Positions 53,111 to 64,000 of a stretch of 64,000 nt of DNA are shown here, piece by piece. The notes under the pieces were generated by a model that worked only from the letters and a program-made list of their open reading frames with translations, was not told the origin of the DNA and made no database searches. Numbering within the stretch: position 1 is the stretch's first letter; each line of letters begins with the position of its first letter. The translations under genes were made by a program, and so were the position numbers. The stretch is from Camelus ferus (Eukaryota). The stretch is from positions 21,144,001 to 21,208,000 of the forward strand of contig NC_045697.1 in the NCBI RefSeq assembly GCF_009834535.1, read 5' to 3'.

Positions 53111-53703
53111 GTGCATTGGTCAGGTATCACCACAGTAACTGTGGGAAATAAAACACCACACGATCTGTAGCATGCACAAATTAGCGTAGATGTTTCACTT
53201 CCACAGATGAAGGTCCACTGAGGTTCATTTGGGCACAGTGGGCATGGTCCCAAGTGGTGAGTTAGTTCCAGTAGACCCAATGTATCCTCTATTCTCAGAT
53301 TATTACATTTTATATTATTTACTCTGGACCGATCTCTATGTAAAAGTAAATTATTTATGTGCTTATTTTTTCTGTTTTCACTTGGATGAAAGCTATATTG
53401 AAACATGAATAGTACTTGACTTTTTCAACACTGTCACACTTGTGGCTAAGGCAGGGCATGGAGTTGAAGAGGCACTTAATACATATTTGCAGACTGGCTT
53501 TCTTCTGGAGAGGTTTTTGAATAAAGCTGTTCTCAAGTGCATTCTGATATATTCCTCTGTAATTCTTCACTCTTCAAACATGCTTATAAACTTTCTGAAA
53601 ATAAAAACCATTCTTGTGCTTGTCTTTGCAAAAACCTATAGCATGCACAGAGTTAAGGCAATTCACAATGTTGCACAGCTCTTGCGGGGGTTATCCTCCA
53701 GAC

Positions 53704-53937
53704 CAGGGATTAGCAAGTGTTTGCTATAAAATGTCAGATAGTAAATATTTTATTCTTTGTTGTCACAGCTGAACAACTCCGCGGTTACAGCATGAAAACA
53801 TCCACAGAAAATATGTAAACAAATAGACATAGTTGTGTTCCAATGAACATTATACACAAAACAAACAGGCAAACAAACAAAGAAAAAACAGGTGGCAGAC
53901 CCGATTTGGTCCACAGGTTATAGTTTGCTGAATTCTC
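53704..53937 (+). mobile_element. MER58A-like hAT-Charlie MITE
   Basis: CAGGGATTAGCAA...CAGATAGTAAATATTTT...TGTGTTCCAAT...AAAAACAGGTGGCAG..GATTTGGTCCACAGG..TAGTTTGCTGA; flanks CTCCAGAC/TTCTAGGG resemble the NTCTAGAN target. Confidence 0.82.
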
Positions 53938-56053
53938 TTCTAGGGGCACACATTTCACTTGTTTCCGTATTACTCCTATCCATACCTACGGTCAGCTTTC
54001 CATCTCAGAAAGGCATTGCATCCCATAGATACATTAAATGAGCTCACAGATTTCTGTATCCTAGGTCTCCTCACAGCCTCTCATGTTGATACTTCTTTTC
54101 TGGTTTCTTTATATCCGCTGCCACACCACTTCCGCTGAGGCCAGATTCCATGTTGAGAGCATCAGTGTTTTGGCTGAGGGTGATACAGCATGATGCTCAT
54201 ATTGCTTGAATCCTCAGTGTCAATGGACTACTGGTCTCAGAATCCTTAATGTACTAACCTGTCCTGTGATCTGTCCACAACAGGAGAAATCATCCCTCTC
54301 TGATTGCTTTAGTGACTTATACCTTCCTATTTTTCCTCTTCCAAGCCCTTGGCGATCTCCATTGCACAGGAGATTAAAACTATCTGCCATCAACCTTTCC
54401 TGCTTTTCTTTCTGATAAACTTTAAGCTTAGCAAATACATCTCCTGTGGTTGCTTCTCTGGGCGTTGGACTGACCATTCCATGTTCTATCTCTCTAGATT
54501 CTCCTTTGGATCAATTTCTCTACAGAGAATGCTCATGGAGATGGGTTATATTCCTCAAAACAGAAATACCCAGTTTTAGAAGGCAAGTTCAAATCAGGAG
54601 CAATATCAGAAGTCTGAAGTGTCTAAAGATCAAGTCACATTCTACAAATTAATTTTGCATATACTTAAGCTGATACTTCATGTCCATTTGTTTAATTCAT
54701 CACCTATACACTGCAAAAAATTTTGAACTCGGGTGAAGACAAGCATGTAATTTATTAGCTCCTTTGAACTCTAAAACATATTATCCAAATATAATGCTTG
54801 ATGTAGGTGAAACAAATATAGGGAAAAACAGAAAAAGGCACTGTTTTCATTTACAGTGCAAATTTGGTGTTCTGTTAACTTGGTAAAACAGAATGGTTGC
54901 TTGAAGTTTTGCAATTAACAAATTAGAAAGACAATTTTGTTAATAATATACTTCATTATTTTCCATTACATTACTTATGTTGTCTATTAAAAATGATTCC
55001 AAGAAGCATGTGCATTCATTATAGAGTAACATAAGAAATAAATGCAGAAGATATGCTGAATATTTTTCAATGCATTTACCAAATAAATTTTCTCGCCCCA
55101 ATTGATTTAATATATTGCACTACCTTAGGCATAATCCAGCTAGAAATCCCCTGACTGGTAAAATTGATATGTGAGCATTTTAACTTGTTTTCATTTTCTT
55201 AAATGTAACATGGAGAAGCAAATGAGATTGAAAGTAATGAGGCATAGATTTTTTTTTTCTAGCAGGAACCATTACATTATGAGGGTAACAAACTCTTTTA
55301 GAAATAAAGACACACCTGTCACTATGGTGCAAAAGAAGAGAAGCAAAGTGACTACTGCACTAGTAAGATTTCATTTGTATTATTATGTTGAGCCGTTTCT
55401 TTGCCTCTTTTTATGTAGTCTCTGAGTATGTTTACTGCTGTTTTGCCTCTTTCCCCCGTTCACAATTTTTGATCTATTTGCTCCACCCTTCAGGAAACTT
55501 TGGATGGCAGAAATAGTGGTATAATTGCACATCAAGGTCAAAATCATAGGCGCATACAGAAAGCTAGCATTGTGGAAACAAATGTGTTGTGGCTAGATTT
55601 CAGGTGACACTTACTGCTAGGTTTGCATTATTAATGTTTCTCTTCAGATTAATTTTTTCAGCTGAGTATCTGGTTCATGAAAATTTTCTCCTGACCAAAA
55701 AAAAAAAATTCTTCATTTGGTTTTCTTGAAATATACATTTCATGAAATAAATTGCTGTTTACTAATCTGATTGAGAAAAAGTAGATGTATGACTGATAAT
55801 AATTATTAGTAATTAATATATTCCTAATGAATATTATATTTCCTAAAGTTATACTAAAGTATTATTAACACTTCAATACCTTAGCAGAGAATGCTTTTCT
55901 ATGTTATTCAGGTATTACTAATCTTTGAAAGTCAAAAGAAACTAGAGATCATGCAGTTCTTCAAAACTATAATTCTGAAATTTAACATTACACAAGACTG
56001 TAGACATTTGAATACATACAATTGGTTTTGGTTGGGGTGCTTATTAGATTATG

Positions 56054-56198
56054 TTTTTGAAAATATTTTATATATTTATTATTATATTATTAAATTAGGG
56101 GAGGAGTTAACTAGGTTTATTTATTTTTAGAGGAGGATTGAACCCAGAATCTCTTGTATGCTAAGCACGTGCTCAACCACTTGAGCTATACCCCCCCC
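56054..56198 (-). mobile_element. Camelid tRNA-derived SINE (Vic-1-like)
   Basis: Minus strand reads GGGGGGGGTATAGCTCAAGTGGTTGAGCACGTGCTTAGCATACAAGAGATTCTGGGTTCAATCC (A box and B box), then an AT-rich tail; TSD GATTATG at 56047-53 and 56200-06. Confidence 0.88.
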
Positions 56199-56932
56199 GG
56201 ATTATGATAAGATAATTAAGACCATATTATGGGAAAATTTTATAGAAATCTAAAATATATCCATTAGTGTATATTTATTGGAAATTTAACTTTTTACATT
56301 TTATAGTGAGATCAGAGTAATTTTGAGGTCACAAATCCTTTGTGATGGGGAGTTGAGGCCTCATGTCAAATTGGATGCTTTTGGAATGAATACAACACTT
56401 CCTTTCAGTTATAAAAGCAGAAAGTTAGGGTACAATTGCAGCTTCCATGAGGTTCCAGACTGATGTCTGTCATTAAACTAGCTGCATGTAACCATGGGTT
56501 TGAAGAAGAATTCATATTGAGACACATCATTAACATAGCAATTTTGGGAACAGAGGTTATGTCATCATTACATAAGTATTCATGCAAATGAGATTCTTTG
56601 TTTTGTTCAGAGGTGAGATTAATTTTTATTTTCTGCTGGAAGGTCTTTTTTGTTGTCAATATATTGCTCTGGGAAAGCTGTCAATATGAAGACAAATTTA
56701 GTAGGATGCTAAATTTTAGGTGAAAGAAATTGATCTCTAATTCCAGCCTTGTTAATTATTAATTGTTTGACACTTAATGAACTATTATAGCAAAAAGAAA
56801 AATAAATACTTGGTTAGAAGCCAAGTTCAGGTTCTTCTACTTATAAGCTACATAACATCATAACAAATTAAACTAATATGATAATACCTAACTCATAATA
56901 TTGTTATGAGTATTAAAATGGTATGTACATAT

Positions 56933-56933
<1 letters not shown>

Positions 56934-56996
<63 letters not shown>
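56934..56996 (+). repeat. Compound microsatellite (TACA)6(TA)19 within a MIR-like remnant
   Basis: Direct reading. Confidence 0.93.
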
Positions 56997-57002
<6 letters not shown>

Positions 57003-58124
57003 CTCACCTAACACACTGTATGGCACCTTTACAGGTACTATGTTAAGTTTTAATAAATGATTCCATTATTCAAAATTATGTAGTGTATCTATGCATTGTT
57101 TTTAGATTTAATCCAGCAATTATATGAGTCACTTATTTTTTCTTGTATTAATTTATTCAACATTTAATAATATGATTATGAATTTGCTTGAATAGTCATT
57201 GCATCAGAATGTAGAATGGGGACAGGAAATACTAGGAATCATTGGAAGAGTGGTTGCCTACATGGGCTCCAAATATAGTTCCAATACAGGAAAGGTTTTT
57301 TAAAGCAGAGGCTCATATGCCAACCACAGATATTCTTATTCACAATGACAATACTAAGATGCACAGCTGGGTTTGGGTCCTCTGCCCCAGCCTACACAAA
57401 ACTCACTGCCAAGCCTACCTTTTTTACCAAAGCTTAGGTGTGTGCACTTTCCTTTTCTGCCTACAGAAGAATGAACAGGAAGACATTCATTCATTTATGA
57501 ATACTATCTGGGGTGGGCGATGGACGGGAATGAGAAGAGGGCAATGATTCTATTCCTCTTTCCATGGTGTTGGTGCATCCTGTTCATTCATTTCTTACAA
57601 AAAATCAGCTCATTATTCTGTTTATGATAACAAATCTGAAAACAACAACAACGGTACCTAACTTCATCAGTTAATCAGATAACCCATATTCACATTGAAT
57701 GTGTAAAAATCCCATTGGCATTGAAATTCAATCATAAGGCAGAAAGGTGGAAAGTGAAAACCCTCTCCTCTGGACCTAATTCTTCTACACCGAAGAGTCT
57801 AACAAGATTCCAGAAGACCTGTGTTACCCCGCCCATCCTGCCATGTTACTAAGCCATGTTTTTAACATTTTTTAGTTTGTTTATATACCTCCTTCCATGA
57901 ACCTACCACCCTAAACCTTCCTCCTTAAATCTATCAGTGGCATTTATATTCTCAAGTGAAGTCAGTTTGGTGGACTAAAGTAGAAACCCAGGATATGACA
58001 TGAGAGAGAGAATTTCACATCAATGTAAATATAACCCCTGTTTACATTTAAAAAGGAGTGATGGATTTCTTTAACAAGTCTAGACAAATTTAATATTATT
58101 TTTGTAATCTCAGTCTGTAAATAT

Positions 58125-58245
58125 TCAGTCTGTTCCATGGCTCCTTCTTATCTTCTGTTAATTGTCAGCAATTGTCAGAGTTCCTTAGCTTGTACAAACA
58201 TCGTTCTGATATCTGCCTTCATCTCCACATAGCGTTTTCCTCTCT
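58125..58245 (-). mobile_element. MLT1A/B/C LTR fragment
   Basis: GTTCCTTAGCTTGTA...ATCTGCCTTCATCTCCACATAGCGTTTTCCTCT. Confidence 0.6.
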
Positions 58246-60796
58246 CCACATTCGGGGACTCATACAAAGGCTGCTACAGGGCTGAAGATCGTCATATTTG
58301 AAAAAAATGTGTCAAGAAAAGGGAAATACACACACACGCACAACAAGACAGAACCCAGAATTACCAGCCCTCCTCCTTTTCAATACATTTCTGTTGTAAC
58401 TCATTTTTACTAGCTAATATCAAATTCCTTCCCAAAATTTATATTGGCCAATTTGGTACCTGTGCAACATCGTGTATTTTCAACATAATTGTTTGATTAG
58501 TAAAAAATAATATTTTTTAGGTTAGCATAGATTTTTATTTTAAAAACTATAGATATCTTCTGGTTTCCTTTCATTCATATATTTTGCACTGAAATTTCAG
58601 TGTAGTTCTCATATAAAGCTTACTGGTGGACTGGAGTTTGTAACAGAGTGCTATGCATATCTATGTTGCCGCAGGTAACGTTCGTTTAATACTTTTTAAA
58701 AACATAATTAAAACTATTTTTTCATAATTATAGGAATTCATCCCCCTCCCTTCACTATCAATTTAAATGTAGTCTTTATTAATCTGCTAAAGTTTAGCTT
58801 TTTATCTCCCTTGTTTTTCCCCTATAAATTCAATTATGTGTATGCTACTCAGTAAATTAATATTTTAAGATAAAATACTTCTCCATTTTATCATGGCAAA
58901 GGGTAAGAAACGTCTCAGCATATAGCCTAGCTGAGAACACTAAGAAATTAGGACTAAATTTGTCCATTAATTAAGATGTTTGTATTAATTTGCATTTCCA
59001 AAGTTACTAAACTTGAATTGTTGCAGAATTTGAGTTAGGTATTAAATTCTGAGCAGAAAGAAGTCTTTAATTTCCTTTAAATTGTACATCATTTCAGGTA
59101 AGACCAAGATCTTAGAGAGGATCCTATTGTGAATTAGGGGGTATTTTTGGAAGAGTCAGTGCAGTGTTTAGATGAGGAAGAACTGATTCAGGCACTGAAT
59201 GAAAAAAGGGGCTCAAATGGGATTTACAGTGCAGTGAGTTTCAGGGAGGGACATCGTGTTTTCTTTCAGGTGGTTGTTAAACTATGATTCAGTGAAAGAC
59301 TTTCCAAGAACTTTTGGGAGTCTAGGACTTCTGAAGTTCTCTGGAAATGTATAACCAAAAGTTTCATATAGAATAAAATGTGATCAGGGTAACTCATGTG
59401 CCCTGTGGTTTCTGTTCTTTCATCAAAAGTTGTTTTAGGAACTCTAGAGAATTTTAGTTATCTCCTTCAGGGATTTCAGAGAGCCTTCAAGGTACTGGTT
59501 AGAAGTATATCTGGTAAAATGTCTAAAATGCATCTTACCATCAATAAGGCAAGACCTGAATATCCAAATAAATCCTCAGCCAGACAGAACACTGGGGTAG
59601 GCATTACTCTAGAGATGTGTAAACACCTGGAGATCTGCTAGTGGCAAATGCAAACCTTGGGATGTTGATAGTTCTCTCCCCGTGTGTTTGAATGTTCCAG
59701 CTGTGTCTGGGCATATCTGTAAGGGACTAGGATGCTGAGAAAAGTAGGATGAGGGAAGGATAGTATGTGCTTTCATGCTGATAACACTCTTTGATTCCTA
59801 ATGAAACAAGTTCTTTCCTGTGATATTGTGTAACATCTTGGGAAAGGTGTCTGATGAGTTACAAGACCTAGGCTTATGAACTTTTTCATTAATAACTGTA
59901 AAAAAACTTGAAATATGTTTATGGAATATGTTTTTAATGATAAGCCACTCAGATGATAACAAAGAACCCAACCTCTCATTCATTATTTTGACATCAGTTT
60001 ATGACCAAATAATGTTTTTATATTCACATAAGCATGTATAGAGTGTTAATTAAATATATATGTATAAACGCACATATATTAAAACTATACCAAAACAAGC
60101 TTAAACATATTTCATGACATCAATAAAGTAAATTATAAGTGAAAGGGAAAATAAGATATTAACCTGGTTAGTAATCTTATTTCTTTATATATTCCCTTAG
60201 CATTATTGAGCAACTATTTGAGTATATAAGTAGGCACTGGATTTTATATCTTACTTGGTAAATGATTTTGACATTATGGCAACTATAAGATAAATTTAAA
60301 TTTTAATAAACAAAGTTACCATAAATATAACCTACATATATATACATATGTATATATACTATTTTGATAGATTTCATATGTGTATATATATGCTTCAATT
60401 ACTCTTTAGACTTCAGAAAATTTAAATTATTTCTAAACATTTATAGTTAAATTTCTGGTAGCTGGTTCTAAATTAATTACAGTCAGCTAAATGTTAAAAG
60501 AGTTAACTATGAATTGGCATAGTCCAAATAGTTAATTTTCATAAAGTTTACCAATAACTTCAGCAAATGAACCAGACGTGGTTACTTAACATGTTCAGCC
60601 TGTCCCACATGTCCTTGACTTACAGTGAATCCAATGCACGTGCTTTAGAATCAAGTCTTTTATACCCATTGCTAAGAATAGAGTCTAGGATTTATTCCTG
60701 TGCCTTGTCCATTTTCCAGAGTCTCTCAGGCCATCAGAAATATTTCAAACAGGCAATTTGCATATCTGAATAAACAATTACCTTGTTTTATGTGGA

Positions 60797-61156
60797 TGCA
60801 TTACCCTGCTAAGGCTACATAACAAAATATCACAGACCCAGTGACTTAAACAAAAGACATTTGTTTTCTCACAGTTCTGGAGGTTGGATGTCCAAGATCA
60901 ATGTGTTGGTAGATTTGTTTCACCCGAGGTCTTTCTCCTTCACTTGCAGACTGTTGCCTTCTCATATGGACTTTCCTCTGTGCTTGTGTGTCCCTGGTGT
61001 CTCTTCCTTTTCATATAAGAACACCAGTCATATTGGACTAGGACTCCATCCTTATGACCTCATTTAACTTTGCCTCTTAAAGTCTTATCTCCAAATAGAG
61101 TCATATTGGGGTGACTCAACATATGAATCTGGGGGGACACAATTCCTTCCAGAAAT
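60797..61156 (-). mobile_element. MaLR solo LTR, MLT1A0-like
   Basis: CATAACAAAATATCACAGAC...TCTCACAGTTCTGGAGG...TCCAAGATCAA...CACCAGTCATATTGGA...TCAACATATGAATCTGGGGGGACACAATTC; perfect 5-bp TSD GTGGA (60792-96 and 61157-61). Confidence 0.92.
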
Positions 61157-64000
61157 GTGGAAGATTATGACACTGTTGACATATCTGGAATAAGGAATAT
61201 TTTGGAGAACTTTTTTGATCATATTCTTTTACTAACTCATCATTAGACTCATTGAATATGATAACAGATTTCTAGATTTTCAGATAATTTTCCAGCATAT
61301 TAAGTAAGCAGGTATTCCTCATACAGTTCACAGAAGTTTCTAATGTTATGTATTTTTTAAATGCTTGAATATTGATGAAAGATTTGTACAGAATTTTAAA
61401 GTAAAGGGCAAACATAAGGCTACATAACTTGGATTTTGTATGTCAATATGGAACTAATTATGCACTTATTTGCCAACTGAAATTTCTACCTACTATTCAA
61501 ATACTTAATAATCAAATTATCAAGATGAGTCTGATTTTGTGCTATAATACACCTTAGAGAAATGTTTTAAAAAAAGAAATGTTAAATACTCAGGGGTCAA
61601 TGGGGATAAAAAGATTTACCTGAGAAATTTACCCAGTCCCCCCCAGGTGTTCTTCTGTCTCATGACTCACTTTCTCCATACATAAGAACATCCTGTGAGC
61701 CAATTATCAGTGAGTTTTATATATTCTTGGGTCAGCCAACAGTGTTTGTGACCTTGGCTGCAATGACAACATGGTAGACTTCCTGGGTATGACAATACAG
61801 TAGAAATTGTTCTTCAGTTTCAAATATAATTTTTAGGTGTTGATCTGCTTTACAGCTAAAAGATAAATGTATAATCTAATATATAAAATTGAAAACAGTT
61901 GGCGAAACACTGTTTGAATAGGACAGACTGAAGATGTCCAAGCGGGTAAAGAGATACAAAGTCCTACTGGCCAGCTTCCCTCCTATTTCATTCCCCATTG
62001 TCACCTGCAAAGATCAGGGACTTAAACTCATCAGCCATTCCAGAAGAATGAGAAAACAACTGGGCTTATTTAATGTTCCATAAAGTACTTGATTCCAATC
62101 CCAATATGCCCTGTTTGTGTGGGAAAGAATCCCAACCTATATCCACATACTTCTTCATTCTCTAGTCATGGTTTTTCCACCCTCTCAAGCAATTGTAGAA
62201 TTACTCTAATGATGATAATCTATGACAATTTTTTTTAACATTTGAAAAAGTTCAGCATTCTCATACACTGTAAATTCATTTTCTTCTTTTTATTTAAAGT
62301 GTTCTATTCTTAGTTCTCTCGTTTTCTAAATTAAGTTTGAAAGTGCAGTCATTTTGGTCTTGCTTTCTCTGTTCCTGTACCTGCTGCATTAATCTCAATC
62401 TGGGTGCTGTTAATCTTAGTTGGCAAACTGTCTCTGGGATGTGCTACACTTTTGGTTAATTTAGTATACAGTATCATTCAAAAAAAAATGGGACACATAT
62501 ACTTCTTACATATAGTAACAAGAAGGTGCCTTTCCTTCTGTGAACCAAGCATCACAACACAACTTTAATGGTAACAGTGGCATTGAGGAATATTGTCTAA
62601 TGTAGTTTGAATTTATAGTAATCAAATTGGCATCTTCTTCCCAACACTTTCATCAAAAAATTACCACTTTTTCCCTAAGGTTTACATTTCATTAATTACT
62701 CAAGACATGCATTTTTGAAAAGATTATACTTTCATTCTGTACCATATAGTTTGTTCTAAAATGCAAAATTAAAGTTATTATTTCATTTGTGGTTCAGCAG
62801 AATAAATCAGGTTTGTCTGTTTATAACGTACACAAAGACTGTTCTTTCTTCCCTTTGCAAAATTAAGGATGTAATTTATCTGCTAAATAGCATGATTGAT
62901 CCTTTCTCACTGTGGTCTTGTATGAGTTAATAAATCAGGACACAGCTACCACCTCTAAATGTTCAATCCTGACCCTACAATTAGCTTTCCACTGACTCTG
63001 GTTCCTGATTATCAGCACAAACCTCTACTTTGAGCTATCCCATAATTAGTCAGACAATACTGTGTCATGTGCTAAAATATCCTGGCTGGTAGAACATTTG
63101 CTAACCAGTGATCTGTCACATCCCCTGGATGGATCTCATGCCCTTGTTTAGATAAGAGGATCATCAGCTCTGCTTCCCGTTACATTGACACTAATGTGGC
63201 ATCCAAAATTTGAATGCAGCAATTAAAAGTTTTTTAAGCTTTCCTTAAATGGCACCAGGCCAAATCCTACATGCAAAATGTTTGACGGACTTTTTTAAGT
63301 ATGAACAAAAATGTCCAAATGTTAAACATTTCTGAAGGTGCTACACCAACAGACCATATGCATGGAATTTTGGTTTTATTCTGAAAAAAGAAAAGAGCAG
63401 AATTGAAACACCTCACTAGTTGAGTCAGGGGAAAAGAAACTTCTTTATTATTTGCTTTTTATTGACTTTTTAATGTTATCTTCCCTTCAATTATCTGTTA
63501 CTTTCTAAAGGTATTTTTTCCAACTTGAGATCCAAATTTGGATCATTTCTTAATTGTGTCCCACCTGCATACATTTATAGGAATTTGTAAGAATTACATT
63601 CTCCATATTTAGTTTTTTTGGCAATACAGATGATCAAGAGGAAATTATTAGAGGTGCAAGAATTCAAAAAAAGACTATCATGTAATTGATAATTATAATG
63701 ACGATGATCAGGCATAGTTAATGGACTAGCACTACTGCCAAAAAAAACAAATTTTATGGCTAAGATGCATCTCAAGTTTATAGGTCATATTGCAGGTAGT
63801 TAAAATACTAGTAAAAACAATTTAACCTTGGTCCTTGTCTGAGCATTTTTGTTATTTATTTATGTATTTGAATCTTATATTCTAAGATAATACACAAAAT
63901 AATTGATTTTTTTTAATGGCTAACTGTTTTTTGACTAAGGAATCCTATCAGAATGACGAGATGTATAGAACAACAACGAAAGATAAACTTTGACCACTAC

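Noticed and set aside
54080..54600. Several overlapping short ORFs in a less AT-rich patch
   Set aside because: No recognisable product; possibly an old ERVL/MaLR remnant that I could not assign.
56130..56198. tRNA-like sequence on the minus strand
   Set aside because: It is the head of a SINE, with AT-rich tail and TSD and a disrupted 3' acceptor stem; not a tRNA gene.

Overview
AT-rich, CpG-depleted mammalian non-coding DNA (gene desert or deep intron). It is very probably from a camelid: it carries a Vic-1-like tRNA-derived SINE and camelid-type L1 3' ends. I found no credible host protein-coding gene, RNA gene or CRISPR array; the only recognisable peptides in the ORF track are L1 ORF2 remnants. 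Much of the window is transposon fossil: old L1M, L2, MIR, MER5/MER58, MaLR MLT1, ERVL MLT2 and LTR41-like LTRs, and ERV1 MER41-like and MER34-like solo LTRs. Several have visible target-site duplications (TSDs) and nested insertions. The most interesting signals are regulatory: (i) a motif-dense block at ~50.9-51.65 kb with PBX-HOX + MEIS, TFAP2, RFX and paired CCAAT sites; (ii) a MER41-like solo LTR retaining a GAS/STAT motif; (iii) further candidate conserved non-coding elements at ~18.0, ~25.9 and ~36.2 kb. Repeat family names are from recall of consensus sequences and need RepeatMasker/Dfam confirmation. I cannot support a claim of a novel biological system from sequence alone.
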